Shown: piece by piece, positions 50,901-60,791 of the stretch
How positions within the stretch are numbered: position 1 is the stretch's first letter
Layout: each line of letters begins with the position of its first letter
Source: an uncultured virus (IMG/VR IMGVR_UViG_3300002092_000038)
Lineage: Duplodnaviria > Heunggongvirae > Uroviricota > Caudoviricetes
Reading direction: 5' to 3' (one strand)
Length of the DNA: 64,000 nt
Virus record (IMG/VR): IMGVR_UViG_3300002092_000038
Notes under the pieces: model-generated
The model's input: only the letters and a program-made list of their open reading frames with translations
Told to the model about the DNA's origin: nothing
Databases searched by the model: none
Position numbers and translations under genes: made by a program

Positions 50901-52816
50901 AAAGTAAACCTATTTTGTTGAAAATCTTTTAAAGGTGTTGGTGTTGTTCCTGATTTATTTGGTACAGGAGTAGAAGAAATAAAATGATCAGGATTAGTAT
51001 CATTTAAAGGATAATTAGCATAATAATAGTCTTGACCGTCTTTATTATAATGCCCACAATTATATACTACTCCTTTAGCTACAATAGATTTTTCTGCACC
51101 TCTGTCTCCTCTCATTATTTTAAATCCTACTATAGATCTTTTTTGAGCATCAGTAAGACTAGAATTATTAATAGCTTCTCTTAAACTATTAATATCAACT
51201 TTAAATCCTATAGGATATATATTATGTACATAATTATTATATGAAGAACTTCCTATTGGATAAGGATTCTCGTCATGTATAGGACAAATAGATACATCAG
51301 GAAATTTATGATGCCTCATAGGTTTGTCTGCCAAGTCTCCCCAAATAATAGGATTATTAGGATAATGTTTAGTAGATTCCCAATAAGACATTTCTCCATA
51401 TTGATATGGTTGAGGACAATTATATCCAGGATTATAATCAGGTTCTGTATTAGTAACAGATCCTGTATTATATACTTGCCATCTAGGTACAGTAGTAGGT
51501 ACAGGCTGACAAGTAGAAGTAATATATCCTTCTACATCAGGATTAGATGTTGATATTGGTTCTAAATCAAAAGCAGTAGCTACTCTAGCAGGAATAGTAC
51601 ATCTAGGAGTTTCCATACCATTATCTAAAGTAAAACATCCTTCTAAAGGATATACTTCATCCCTATGGTGTCCTCTAAGATTAGCACTAGTTATACCGTT
51701 AGCATAATCTTCTAGAGAAGTTTCTGGTACTTTCCAAGTTCCCCAACCTACCTTAACTTTAGCCCAAATAGCTTGATAATTTAAAGGATCTTCTTTAGTT
51801 AATCCTCCCCAAACAATAGTATTATCAACTTGACATAATGTAGTAGATAAATCATAATAAGGGAATTGTTCCAGTATATCGGTAATAGTTAGTTTTATAT
51901 TAGCTCCACTAGCCTCATTTCCTGTATAAGTGTATTTATAAGTATCTGATTGTATACTGAAATTTCCTACAAATTCTACAGTAGTAATAGCATTAATAGT
52001 CTTAATTACTGCTAATGTTATGTAACTATATAAACCAGAAGTATCTATGTTATCTATAACTATAGATATTGCTTTGTTAGTAATATCATTAAAATTAGGA
52101 GAAATTATGCCTTTATTAAAAATAGATACAGGATTAGATGCAGAAGAATAAGCTGTTAGTTTATTAGAACTAATATCAGAATAACATGCTGCAAACTGGT
52201 AAGTACCTTCTACTACATTACCTCCTACACTTTCTTCTGTAGGAGTAATATGCATTACTTTAAAATTAGGCTGTACTTTAATTTTATTACTATCAATTTG
52301 ACCTATTTGAGGTACTAATATTCCCCCTACAAGTAAATCTTTCCAAGGAAGATTATTAAAATCTAAAAATCTTCTAGGATTAAAAGCGTCTGTAAAATAA
52401 ACTTGAGTAGAGCAATTTGTAGTTTTTACTTCAAATTTTAAGATAGGATGATCTATACTTAACTTAAGAAGATCACTTCCAGGTATAGAATCATCTAGTA
52501 AAATTTCAAACTTACAATTATTATTTAAAACATAACCTACCAAAGAATTTCCTGTTATAGGATTGGTAAGCATGTATAATACTTCATTTAATTGTGGTAT
52601 ATACTCTCTACCTATTACTACATAGTCTTTAGGTATATTCAAACAAAATACAGAACCTTCTTCATTTTGATAAGACAAAGAATGCCCATCCCAAGAAAGA
52701 ATTATACCATTAAGACAGTCTGTAACATATCCTTTCTGTATTTGGTCTATAATATTATCTGTGTTTAACCCTACACGAGTATAATTTATTTCTCTGTTGA
52801 TATTTGATTCAGCCAT
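47981..52816 (-). CDS. tail muzzle / stabilization protein
   Basis: GLNTD, NEEG, YFTD, GTYQFA, HHKFPD, FTFHSPD, FGGDIFI, WSSFHSY; crAss-like tail synteny. Confidence 0.8.
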   Translation of the reverse strand: MAESNINREINYTRVGLNTDNIIDQIQKGYVTDCLNGIILSWDGHSLSYQNEEGSVFCLNIPKDYVVIGREYIPQLNEVLYMLTNPITGNSLVGYVLNNNCKFEILLDDSIPGSDLLKLSIDHPILKFEVKTTNCSTQVYFTDAFNPRRFLDFNNLPWKDLLVGGILVPQIGQIDSNKIKVQPNFKVMHITPTEESVGGNVVEGTYQFAACYSDISSNKLTAYSSASNPVSIFNKGIISPNFNDITNKAISIVIDNIDTSGLYSYITLAVIKTINAITTVEFVGNFSIQSDTYKYTYTGNEASGANIKLTITDILEQFPYYDLSTTLCQVDNTIVWGGLTKEDPLNYQAIWAKVKVGWGTWKVPETSLEDYANGITSANLRGHHRDEVYPLEGCFTLDNGMETPRCTIPARVATAFDLEPISTSNPDVEGYITSTCQPVPTTVPRWQVYNTGSVTNTEPDYNPGYNCPQPYQYGEMSYWESTKHYPNNPIIWGDLADKPMRHHKFPDVSICPIHDENPYPIGSSSYNNYVHNIYPIGFKVDINSLREAINNSSLTDAQKRSIVGFKIMRGDRGAEKSIVAKGVVYNCGHYNKDGQDYYYANYPLNDTNPDHFISSTPVPNKSGTTPTPLKDFQQNRFTFHSPDTHFYQPNGIEGSYLKLETIETGTAKCHFVPVQDNAREKIRTKYALEIAFITGILSTIGIQFNHSSATTVGTEDLDTTTNSVTPTLDIQNFFPTYNTTLEILDKLSPWINYGWQYNCLGFYGNSTPVPNNGNKIRNINFGGYITSGLNGTFGDNYPINNTNRESSVYLSVEGGFPFAGNDNSRQTASQANVCNSTKPFYTEIASYYASIKRYLPDQYGEIFSYTPVDTGFYSNFVDKKGVEITSIPTIFGGDIFINRFAFKIKQPFYNISSVNKPDGTDVNYNQDPDPTTPSQDYTQTGNIGYPVWYYSTDNVSLDIANTFGPGITNLTNLFNTTGGIALLILTGGLALVAVMLQLVAELFGGVFFNGLGLKVTNLECNNYSTSQLWETGMAYLYAYGIPYYFCESEVNADMRQATNMKEGNFYPQVSSDIPDSWLQETNVPIIYDNTYNYNKTYSKQNKETYFSLLRPDWQPDQLCYINYNNRAIWSDKSDLEETKNNWLVYRPANMKEFPKNFGNLQALDYLENRSVLVRYENHSQIYNALATVATSQLTASLGTGELFSGTPLDLKTTDTGFAGTQNKWIINTEHGHIYVDAKRGQIILLKGNEIENLSDPKYLNSMFFTNNLPFKILESFPGVNTDNNYNGIGLHGTYDAYYHRFIITKLDYSPVRDDIYFDGINFYIFTNEPGSTTCCPEGQWYDSRSGICVPSKTLPIDCPPTKTYKQIVQLTDTNYFCNQSWTMSFSFLTNTWSSFHSYTPNYYTAYENYFQSGYNLDKADIWDHNSTYSIFNNYRGTAYPYIIETPYSYKYENEILQSIKEYCTILKYTSYNQYIEVDSPVYFDSVIVYNNNQNSGVRDLIIKSNTNLQQNRQYPKYNTDSISILVTKNENFYQYNMIWDVVKNFNIQNWLDNCSPSAGEKKINQTNMNYNNQSYKKYLLRAKDSKIRSTLLKSDYKFISRFIVEQTQKSF

Positions 52817-53748
52817 TATCTAATCTTAAAACGATTATTTCTATTGTAACTTCTTATAATTGATTTCTCTACATCATAAATATCTCCTGCTATAGCATAA
52901 TTCTTAGCATTAATATAAGCAGTCCACATTAAAGATTCTTCATCTTGTCTTTTATCTTTCAGTATTTTATAATCGTCTCCTGAAGATTGTGCTGTTAATT
53001 CTGCTAAAACTTGATATTTTAAATAATGCAGTAAATATTTTTTAAAAGGCTCATTATTAGGTATCTCATAATAACCAGATTCTGTAATATAAGGTTTAGC
53101 ATAATAAGCCATAAATACAGTACCGCTTCTAAAAGAAGTAATTAAATGATTACCTATTATATCGAATGTGTCTATACATTGAGCTTCCCTATTAGGAGAA
53201 TGTGTTCCACATTTACCAAATGTTTTAAAATTTCTAGGTTTTAATAAAGCTGATAATTTAAAATCAAAACTCATTTGAGACATTACTTTATGAGTAACCC
53301 TATATTCATCAGGAACACCACAAAGGTCAGGTAAAGCTACTGGAGGAGGACTTTGATCATGAGGAGTACATTGGTATCCTTCAGTACATTCTGAACAAGA
53401 ATTTCCTTTAGGAGCAGCAGGATTAATTCTACAATCTGTTTGATAATAATAAACAAAAGGAGAAACTATTGGTCCTTTATTATAAGTGGCACAAATCCAT
53501 ACTTCTTGAGCAGAATCAAAATTACAAGGTAACTCACATTTACCATCACAAACATCCATTACACAATCTTCTATAGGATAATAAGTATTTTCCATCTTAT
53601 TAATACAGTCTAAAGTCCATTCAGGAAACATCAGATCATCAATAGAGTTAGTATTAAAAAAGCTTTTAAGTTCTTCTTTAACTCTTGCATATACTTTATC
53701 AGGATTAATAAAGTTTCTATTACTACCTACTTCATCGTTATAAGCCAT
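52816..53748 (-). CDS. tail ring protein
   Basis: TSFRSGTVFMAYYA...IP; lies between the IHF-like and muzzle genes. Confidence 0.65.
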   Translation of the reverse strand: MAYNDEVGSNRNFINPDKVYARVKEELKSFFNTNSIDDLMFPEWTLDCINKMENTYYPIEDCVMDVCDGKCELPCNFDSAQEVWICATYNKGPIVSPFVYYYQTDCRINPAAPKGNSCSECTEGYQCTPHDQSPPPVALPDLCGVPDEYRVTHKVMSQMSFDFKLSALLKPRNFKTFGKCGTHSPNREAQCIDTFDIIGNHLITSFRSGTVFMAYYAKPYITESGYYEIPNNEPFKKYLLHYLKYQVLAELTAQSSGDDYKILKDKRQDEESLMWTAYINAKNYAIAGDIYDVEKSIIRSYNRNNRFKIR

Positions 53749-53749
53749 A

Positions 53750-54280
53750 TTAATATTTATATCTTCTTTTTTTAACAGAATTAAATTCAGAATAATTTTG
53801 ATAACAAGTTTTTCCTTTTTCTTTTAAAGTACTGGATAATAAAGTTTTACCAGATTTGCAAACTTTTAACCCCCATATATTCATCATTTTAATCTTAGAG
53901 TTATATTTTAACCAGCACCATCTACAATTATATCCATCTGTATTTTGATTAAAATGAAAAACTCTTTCTTCTTGTTTTTTAGTCTCATCCCAATTTATAG
54001 GTAGGTTTATGTGTGTACCATTATGGTCTGTAAAAGTTTTTTTGGGTTTTCTTTTACTAATAGTTAAACAACCTAAACCAAAAGGTAATTTAACTATACG
54101 TCCTGTTTCTATAATATAAGTAATATAAGCTGTATTCAGTTTTCTAATAATAGAATCATATTCTTTGAATGTTAAATCTATAGCTGGATTCTCCTCAAGA
54201 AACTCTTTATAAACTTTTACTGAACTACTTCGCCACTCTATACGAGGACGACCTCCCTTATATTTTTTATCAAAATTCAT
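53750..54280 (-). CDS. IHF/HU-like protein
   Basis: VKLPFGLGCLTISKRK, INWDETKK; crAss-like tail locus position. Confidence 0.7.
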   Translation of the reverse strand: MNFDKKYKGGRPRIEWRSSSVKVYKEFLEENPAIDLTFKEYDSIIRKLNTAYITYIIETGRIVKLPFGLGCLTISKRKPKKTFTDHNGTHINLPINWDETKKQEERVFHFNQNTDGYNCRWCWLKYNSKIKMMNIWGLKVCKSGKTLLSSTLKEKGKTCYQNYSEFNSVKKRRYKY

Positions 54281-54281
54281 A

Positions 54282-55031
54282 TTACTTTGTTATACCAGTT
54301 GTTTTATTAACTTCTACAGCTCTTCCATAAGTTTCTGTAAATTCCTTTTCTAATGCTTTTAGCACATCTTCATACAAGTAACCAGGACAAGGAAATTCTT
54401 TATCATAAGGATTTGGAGGGCAACATAAACTCATATCATTTATATTAGTAGTTTCTGAGGAAGCAGGGCAGCAACCTACTAAACCTATATTACCACAATA
54501 ATTAGGAAAACCTATTAGTTCTTGTGGTATATCTTCTTCAAAACAAGCCGATATTTTTACTTTTTCTATACTATCTGTACCAAGATATAAATACCTATCT
54601 AAAATCCAATAGTGTACTTGATCTGTATGTAGCCCCAAAGAAAGACTATTAGTATACCTATTAGGATCACTCTCAAGAAAACGTCTTGAAATAGTATCTA
54701 TAGACCATAAACCTTGTATTAATAATTTAAAGTCACTTCCTTGTGCTATTTTAGGTAATCTAAATTTAGATCTTTTAATAGTACAATCAGATTGATAAGC
54801 ACAACATTCTGCTATAGGAACAGATATTAAAGGGACGCAAGGTATTTGTTCAAATATAGAAGGAGCATTGAATAATGATCTCCTATCAGTTCTTTGTTTT
54901 ACGAATAAAAGAGCTATGTTTTTTAATTTAGATAGTATAAATCTATCAGATAAAAGAGCTTCTGCGTCTTTATTAACCAGTTTAAACAACCCTCTAAATT
55001 CTCCTACAATTTCTCTATTTGTTTTATTCAT
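54282..55031 (-). CDS. tail ring / tubular protein
   Basis: LSDRFI, RSKFRLPKI, YWILDRYLY, FPCPGYL. Confidence 0.65.
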   Translation of the reverse strand: MNKTNREIVGEFRGLFKLVNKDAEALLSDRFILSKLKNIALLFVKQRTDRRSLFNAPSIFEQIPCVPLISVPIAECCAYQSDCTIKRSKFRLPKIAQGSDFKLLIQGLWSIDTISRRFLESDPNRYTNSLSLGLHTDQVHYWILDRYLYLGTDSIEKVKISACFEEDIPQELIGFPNYCGNIGLVGCCPASSETTNINDMSLCCPPNPYDKEFPCPGYLYEDVLKALEKEFTETYGRAVEVNKTTGITK

Positions 55032-55033
55032 TC

Positions 55034-56341
55034 TTAGTCTTTTAAAAATATTCTATGTTCTATTTCTCCACATTTACCAGTATTTTTAGCATACCATCTA
55101 CAAATTCCAGCAGAAATACCCACATCCATTAAACCATCTTTCTCCCAAAGACTATTATCTGTAAGAGAAGGTGTCATAAAAACTCTTACTCCTGCAAACT
55201 CGTCTTCTGTAGGTTTTATTTTTTGTTCCCAAGACCTTTTAACATGTTTATCTCCTATAGCTATTTCTTGAAATTTACTCCCTCCCCATTCTTTACTATA
55301 TTTTTTTGCAAAATATAAAGGAAGATTTTCAGGCTTAGTATCACCATGATGCATTCCTATAAAATTATTACCATAAGTATATACTTTAGTATTAGTAGCT
55401 TCTCTATCAAAAATTATATTCTTATCTGAATGGAAATAAACATCTAAAGCATGTACAAGATAAAAACCTTTAGTTCTATCATGGTTGCCTGGAACAAATT
55501 TAACATGTAATTTATTACAAAACTGTTTTAGTTTATTGATAGCTTTAACTTGCATATCAAATATTCTTTCGTAGGATTCATCATACATTACATTATCATG
55601 TTGCTGAGTACCTGCTGTAGTTTCTGTAAAATAAGTATCACTATTAAAAAGATCATTACCTATAACATAAACTATTTCATCAACAAAATTACAACAGAAA
55701 CTTTTCATTACTAAGTATTCTATTGTTTCTAAATACTGATTGACAGCATCTTTAATATTTCTACCGTGAGTAGTTAGTCTATCTAAATGTGCATCTGTTA
55801 AAGATATATATAAAGCTACAGGTTCTGTATATTTATTATTTTGTATAATATTTTCTTTGGTTAAAGGTATATAGGAAGTTTTATAATTCTTTAGGAGAGA
55901 ATCAATTCTTTGGGTAGTATTATCTATATGATTACTTGGTTTTAATTTGAAATCTGCTGAATAAATCCATCCTCCAGATCTTTTTTTATGCCAAATTTGT
56001 GTCATAACCCATTTAACTGGGTCCATTTTACATTCTTTATATATTTCTACTTCAGTAAGAGTTTCTTTAGTAGAAATCCATTTTACAGAACTTATTCCTT
56101 TTTCATTATTTATTTTTGATTCATAATCTGTTGATGATAAGTCTGGTCTTTTTGGAGAAAAAATATCATTATGGGAAGTGTCTTTTAATAATTTTTTATT
56201 TTGATTTCTTTTATAATAACTTCTAGTAGCATCTGCACTTGAAAATCCAAACTTCTTACTCAAAGTGTCCCAAGATTCATTTTCTGTTTTACCATTTTTT
56301 TTAAGGTAAGAAAGTAAACCTTCTCTGTTATTTTGACTCAT
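55034..56341 (-). CDS. calcineurin-like metallophosphoesterase with N-terminal HTH
   Basis: DAH, GND, GNHD, HHGD, GDKH motifs. Confidence 0.85.
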   Translation of the reverse strand: MSQNNREGLLSYLKKNGKTENESWDTLSKKFGFSSADATRSYYKRNQNKKLLKDTSHNDIFSPKRPDLSSTDYESKINNEKGISSVKWISTKETLTEVEIYKECKMDPVKWVMTQIWHKKRSGGWIYSADFKLKPSNHIDNTTQRIDSLLKNYKTSYIPLTKENIIQNNKYTEPVALYISLTDAHLDRLTTHGRNIKDAVNQYLETIEYLVMKSFCCNFVDEIVYVIGNDLFNSDTYFTETTAGTQQHDNVMYDESYERIFDMQVKAINKLKQFCNKLHVKFVPGNHDRTKGFYLVHALDVYFHSDKNIIFDREATNTKVYTYGNNFIGMHHGDTKPENLPLYFAKKYSKEWGGSKFQEIAIGDKHVKRSWEQKIKPTEDEFAGVRVFMTPSLTDNSLWEKDGLMDVGISAGICRWYAKNTGKCGEIEHRIFLKD

Positions 56342-56375
56342 GCTTTTGTTTTAAATTACAAAATTTTATGAAATA

Positions 56376-56407
56376 CAAAGGTATACATAATATATGATAT
56401 TACCAAA
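56376..56407 (-). promoter_or_regulatory. Bacteroidota-type promoter TTTGGTA-N17-TACCTTTG
   Basis: Exact consensus upstream of the phosphoesterase. Confidence 0.7.
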
Positions 56408-56442
56408 ACTGTAAACCATCTTTTAACATTTAATATTAGATA

Positions 56443-56476
56443 AAAGCTCCCTAATTCACTAAGAATAGGGAGCTTT
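56443..56476 (-). terminator. intrinsic terminator
   Basis: AAAGCTCCCTA ... TAGGGAGCTTT, 11-bp stem. Confidence 0.75.
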
Positions 56477-56497
56477 ATATAAAAATGTTAAATATAA

Positions 56498-56875
56498 TTA
56501 TTTAGTAACATCAGGAGTATCTGGCCCATTTGGAGGACTGGCTACATCAGAAGCATCTTTAGAATCTGGAGATTCTGTATCTACTACAGTATCTTCTACA
56601 GTAGGTTTACCTGCTATTAACTTATTAGCTGTAGTTGCTCCTACACCTCCTGTTAATACTACTACAGCATAACTACAAATAGTAGTAGCAGTAGCTATAC
56701 CAAATAAAGCTGCTATACTAGATATAATGAAGATAAACATACCCCCAAAAACAGTTGTAGCTGCTAATATAGAGGTTATTGATGTTTTCCCTGTTCTATC
56801 ACTAAAAGCTTGCGCCCAACTAAAAGTAGAAGGGTCTCCAAGCATTTTAAGTTTTTTAATTATTCTTGTTTTCAT
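56498..56875 (-). CDS. multi-TM membrane protein, holin candidate
   Basis: Two hydrophobic helices after SDRTGKTS; acidic tail. Confidence 0.55.
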   Translation of the reverse strand: MKTRIIKKLKMLGDPSTFSWAQAFSDRTGKTSITSILAATTVFGGMFIFIISSIAALFGIATATTICSYAVVVLTGGVGATTANKLIAGKPTVEDTVVDTESPDSKDASDVASPPNGPDTPDVTK

Positions 56876-56876
56876 C

Positions 56877-58703
56877 TTATGAACTAATTATAACACCAGC
56901 TAAATTACACATAGCTCCTAACTGACTAGCATCATCACTATAAAGAGTTACACCATTTATCAAAGTACCATATCTCCATTTCACATGATAAGTACCAGCA
57001 GCTTGAGCAGTAAAATTAACATTAGGAGTAAGTCCTGTAGCTGTTTTAGAATCTACTACTACATTAAAAGCATTAAGTAATTGATATTGAATAGTGTCTA
57101 TAGTAGGAAGTATTGGTTGATTAACAGAAATTACACCTCCTACTATAGTGGCTGTTAATGTTTTACATTGGTAAATAATACTTTCATATACGTTAGAACC
57201 ATTACTTACACCAGAACAATTACTATTAATCTGGAATTGGTAGACAATATTAGTATCTAAGTTATCTACACTAGAAGTAGTAGCAGAATTAGTTTGGGGG
57301 TTAGGACTATCTATATTAACATTTGAAATCCAATCAGCACTACCTCTTTGTCTGTAAGCTACTGTTTGAGATATTGGAGAACCTCCTACTGACCAAGTAA
57401 GATCAAAAGAACTTCCTGCTAAGGCTACTGTTAATCCAGTAGGAGCAGCACAAGAACAACCAGCACATTGAGCTTGTAATGCACAAAATTGTGCTAACAA
57501 ATCAGGATCAGTAGATACATACTCCATCCAACTAGAAGTAAATAATGCTGGATCTATTATTTGAGGTGTAAGATAAAGTTGAGAATTATCAGGACTAGGA
57601 GAAGCTATAATAGCCATACCCCATGTTCCTGCTTTAGATGGTATTTTATCTACTAAATAATTAGCAATATTATCAGAAGCATTTATTTTAACTTTATTAG
57701 TTTCTGGATTAGCTACAGTAATATCTAATTTATGACCAGATATATTCATGTTTAAAGAACCATCACTACTTTCTAATTTAGCATCTAAAAACCCTGCATC
57801 AGCAGGATTATCTCCTGAAGAAAGCATTGTTTTATATAATCCTGTATAACTAGTATCTAAAGCTACCCTATAGCCACTACAACTGCCTACAGAAGTAGAT
57901 GTTAATCCTGTTCCTGTAGCGGTATAATAGTTAGTATTAATATCTGTTACAGAAGCCATTATATTATTAAGGGTCTGTTCTAAAGTAGTAGCTGTTGTAA
58001 CACAACCAAAATTTAAATTAGTATCATCTAAAGTAGGCAAAGAACATACATAAGTAATAAGTTGGGCTACTGTACTTCTAATACTATCAGAAGAGCCTCC
58101 AGCTAAACAATTAGTACTATTATCAAAATTAGCTATAGCTGCTTGTTTACCTGCTATAGCAGTAGTTAAAGATACACCATAAGTTATTACTGAATTAAAT
58201 GCACTATTTATATTAGTAGGTGAACTAATACCCCAAGAAGACCAGGTACTACCAGGAGCATTAAGTAAAGCTAATATAGATCCAACTCCTATGTACGTAG
58301 CTGTTAATACTTGATTCCTAGTCATACCAGAAGAAATTGTTATACTTCCTCCCCCACCAGAATAAGAATAAGACAATCCTGGTACTTGTAAAGCATTTAT
58401 AGCAGTAGTAAAAGCATCTATATCTGCTGGATAACTAGTATTAACAAAATCACTGTATTCAGTATGAAAATCACATAAGTTTTTACTTATACCTTCTGCA
58501 AAATTTTGAGTATTTGTAGGATGTGTAGTACCATCTATTTGTTTTACACAATACAAATTATACCCTGAGTAATTAGGAGCAGAAGAAGAACTATTAACTG
58601 CTGTATTTATTTCCTGTAAAATAATATCTAATTGCTGATTAGACGTTACCCCTATATAATTAAGATCAATTCCTGTATATTTTACTTGACTTGCGTTTGT
58701 CAT
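56877..58703 (-). CDS. Cys-rich tail fibre or hub protein with FN3-like domain
   Basis: VKYTG start; APTGL...LTW...YR...NL...YQFQI. Confidence 0.6.
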   Translation of the reverse strand: MTNASQVKYTGIDLNYIGVTSNQQLDIILQEINTAVNSSSSAPNYSGYNLYCVKQIDGTTHPTNTQNFAEGISKNLCDFHTEYSDFVNTSYPADIDAFTTAINALQVPGLSYSYSGGGGSITISSGMTRNQVLTATYIGVGSILALLNAPGSTWSSWGISSPTNINSAFNSVITYGVSLTTAIAGKQAAIANFDNSTNCLAGGSSDSIRSTVAQLITYVCSLPTLDDTNLNFGCVTTATTLEQTLNNIMASVTDINTNYYTATGTGLTSTSVGSCSGYRVALDTSYTGLYKTMLSSGDNPADAGFLDAKLESSDGSLNMNISGHKLDITVANPETNKVKINASDNIANYLVDKIPSKAGTWGMAIIASPSPDNSQLYLTPQIIDPALFTSSWMEYVSTDPDLLAQFCALQAQCAGCSCAAPTGLTVALAGSSFDLTWSVGGSPISQTVAYRQRGSADWISNVNIDSPNPQTNSATTSSVDNLDTNIVYQFQINSNCSGVSNGSNVYESIIYQCKTLTATIVGGVISVNQPILPTIDTIQYQLLNAFNVVVDSKTATGLTPNVNFTAQAAGTYHVKWRYGTLINGVTLYSDDASQLGAMCNLAGVIISS

Positions 58704-59209
58704 TCTATACTATTTTTATTTTTTAAAACAAAATTTATTGGTGGATTAATTAAATTAGTAGCTAAAAATTTGTTTATTGTTCCTTTAGGTGTTACACCAT
58801 CTTCAGGATGGCAATCAGAACACTGTCTACTAAAAAAATCAAATGAAAATGATACAGGAAGACTGTCTGGACCACAAGTACCACACGTTTTACGTATTAC
58901 TGTTACACAAGCACAAGCTAAACAAGGAATTCTAGGAGTTACATCTTTTAAGTCTCTTCTTTCACATTGGGCATATATACTATCATAAGTATAACCTTCA
59001 GGACAACAAGGACACCCTATAGTCTCTATAGGAGAAGGTGTTGGAGGGACTGCCCAAGGCAGATTAGCTCCTAGATTAACTACAGTCATACACTTTCCTA
59101 CATTAGCAGGAGAAGGATTTCCTATTACTCCTGTAGTTGCTGTAAGAGGATTATAAAAAGAACCATCAGCATAAACATAAGTATAACCTTTAGGACAACA
59201 TCTTTGCAT
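58700..59209 (-). CDS. Cys-rich structural protein
   Basis: Two CCPxGYTY motifs and several CxxC motifs. Confidence 0.6.
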   Translation of the reverse strand: MQRCCPKGYTYVYADGSFYNPLTATTGVIGNPSPANVGKCMTVVNLGANLPWAVPPTPSPIETIGCPCCPEGYTYDSIYAQCERRDLKDVTPRIPCLACACVTVIRKTCGTCGPDSLPVSFSFDFFSRQCSDCHPEDGVTPKGTINKFLATNLINPPINFVLKNKNSIE

Positions 59210-59211
59210 AA

Positions 59212-60348
59212 TTAGAACATTCTTTGAATATAAATAACCCCTGTATAAGGTTGCATATTATTATGAGAACCATTACCTCCTCCTGTAGAACCATTAAATG
59301 TGCCGCTAGGTACAGTAAAAGGTATATTAACAGCATTGTGAGGATAAGCAGGACCACCGTATAAACCATAAGGATAAGAGATACCGTTATTACCTGAAGT
59401 ATTTGTTTTGAAACCTATTTGATCTCCTACATAAGCACTACCAGAAACACCTGGAGTTGTACCAGTAAAAGGTACAGACGGGATTTCTGCAGCTATTAAA
59501 GTATGTTTAGCTTCTCCCCCTTTATCACCATAAGCAGCTACAACTAATCCACTAGCATTGGCTGGTAAAGTACCTCCTATACCATTAGTAACTCCTACAG
59601 GAACTTGCCCCATCATATTAACAGTACCATTTAAACCATTAGCTATGTTCCATCCACACATTTGAGTATTAGATAATCCTACACCACTACTAAAATCAGA
59701 TAATGGTCCAGCATAAGGTATAATAGCTCCTATAGGAACAAATCCTCTAAATTGTATAGAGGCTGTATTACCAGTACCAGTTTTAACTAAATTACCTGTA
59801 CCACTACAAGTGACTAAATGAGACAAAAGATAATTACCAATATTAACATTGATATTATTAGTAATATCAGTAATAGCTGTTTGTAAATCTTCTATATCTG
59901 ATTCTGCTTTACATAATTCATAAATAATTTCTTGAATTATAGATGCTGTAGAAGAACTAGAAGTTACTCTAGCTAAACAAGCAGTATCAAAAGGTCCTGA
60001 TAAACCTTCTACAAGAGTGGTAAGATCTTGTATCATAGTGTATTCTGTACAAATAGCAGTATGATAACAATTTAATAAACAAGGCAAATCAGTACAAGTA
60101 CCACAACAACTGATACAGTCTGCAAATAAAGCCGCACATGCACCAGTAGTTAAATCTACATTAGTAATATGAATACCAACTCCTGTAGAAAAATTTACAA
60201 GAGTTTGAAGTATAACTTCGTCTACTTCATATAAAGAACTACTAGTACATATTCCTAAAGAAGGAATACTAGGACCAGTATAAACTATAGAAGTATCTGC
60301 TGGTCCTTTAGCATAAATTGAGCAATTAGAGGAATTACATCCTGACAT
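59212..60348 (-). CDS. tail-collar domain fibre protein
   Basis: VPIGAIIPYAG, GWNIANG, GGEAKHTL, HNNMQPY. Confidence 0.75.
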   Translation of the reverse strand: MSGCNSSNCSIYAKGPADTSIVYTGPSIPSLGICTSSSLYEVDEVILQTLVNFSTGVGIHITNVDLTTGACAALFADCISCCGTCTDLPCLLNCYHTAICTEYTMIQDLTTLVEGLSGPFDTACLARVTSSSSTASIIQEIIYELCKAESDIEDLQTAITDITNNINVNIGNYLLSHLVTCSGTGNLVKTGTGNTASIQFRGFVPIGAIIPYAGPLSDFSSGVGLSNTQMCGWNIANGLNGTVNMMGQVPVGVTNGIGGTLPANASGLVVAAYGDKGGEAKHTLIAAEIPSVPFTGTTPGVSGSAYVGDQIGFKTNTSGNNGISYPYGLYGGPAYPHNAVNIPFTVPSGTFNGSTGGGNGSHNNMQPYTGVIYIQRMF

Positions 60349-60358
60349 ATAATATTAT

Positions 60359-60652
60359 TTAACAAAAACTATTAGTAAGTTTCTGAATATTTGAAGTAAT
60401 ATAAATTAAAAAGGTTTCATTTCCACAATCTTCTAAACAATTGCATCCCAATAATTTATCTAATAATATTTCTTTATACTCACAAATAGTATCATATAAA
60501 TCATAATCTATACTTTTTGTGAATCCATAAATATCATTATAATATTGCCTTTTAGCTAAAGATAATATAGTATTATCTATATCGTCTAAAAGATCATTTA
60601 AACCATCATTGTTTAAATTGTTATTGGCCAGTCTTGGGTGTATTAGGAACAT
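60359..60652 (-). CDS. putative tail hub protein
   Basis: Helical 97-aa protein at the expected position in the tail locus. Confidence 0.5.
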   Translation of the reverse strand: MFLIHPRLANNNLNNDGLNDLLDDIDNTILSLAKRQYYNDIYGFTKSIDYDLYDTICEYKEILLDKLLGCNCLEDCGNETFLIYITSNIQKLTNSFC

Positions 60653-60773
60653 TGCTAGTAGTATTTGATTTTTGTTTTTCTTGGTAACATTTTGGACACA
60701 AGCCTTGTATCATTTGACAAGCTTGTAACTGTATAGTACAAACTGGATTACCACATTTTCTTATTGCACACAT
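60621..60773 (-). CDS. 50-aa Cys-rich zinc-finger-like protein, below ORF-track cutoff
   Basis: Read by eye: MCAIRKCGNPVCTIQLQACQMIQGLCPKCYQ... Confidence 0.6.
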   Translation of the reverse strand: MCAIRKCGNPVCTIQLQACQMIQGLCPKCYQEKQKSNTTSNVPNTPKTGQ

Positions 60774-60791
60774 AAGTATTATTTTTTATAT

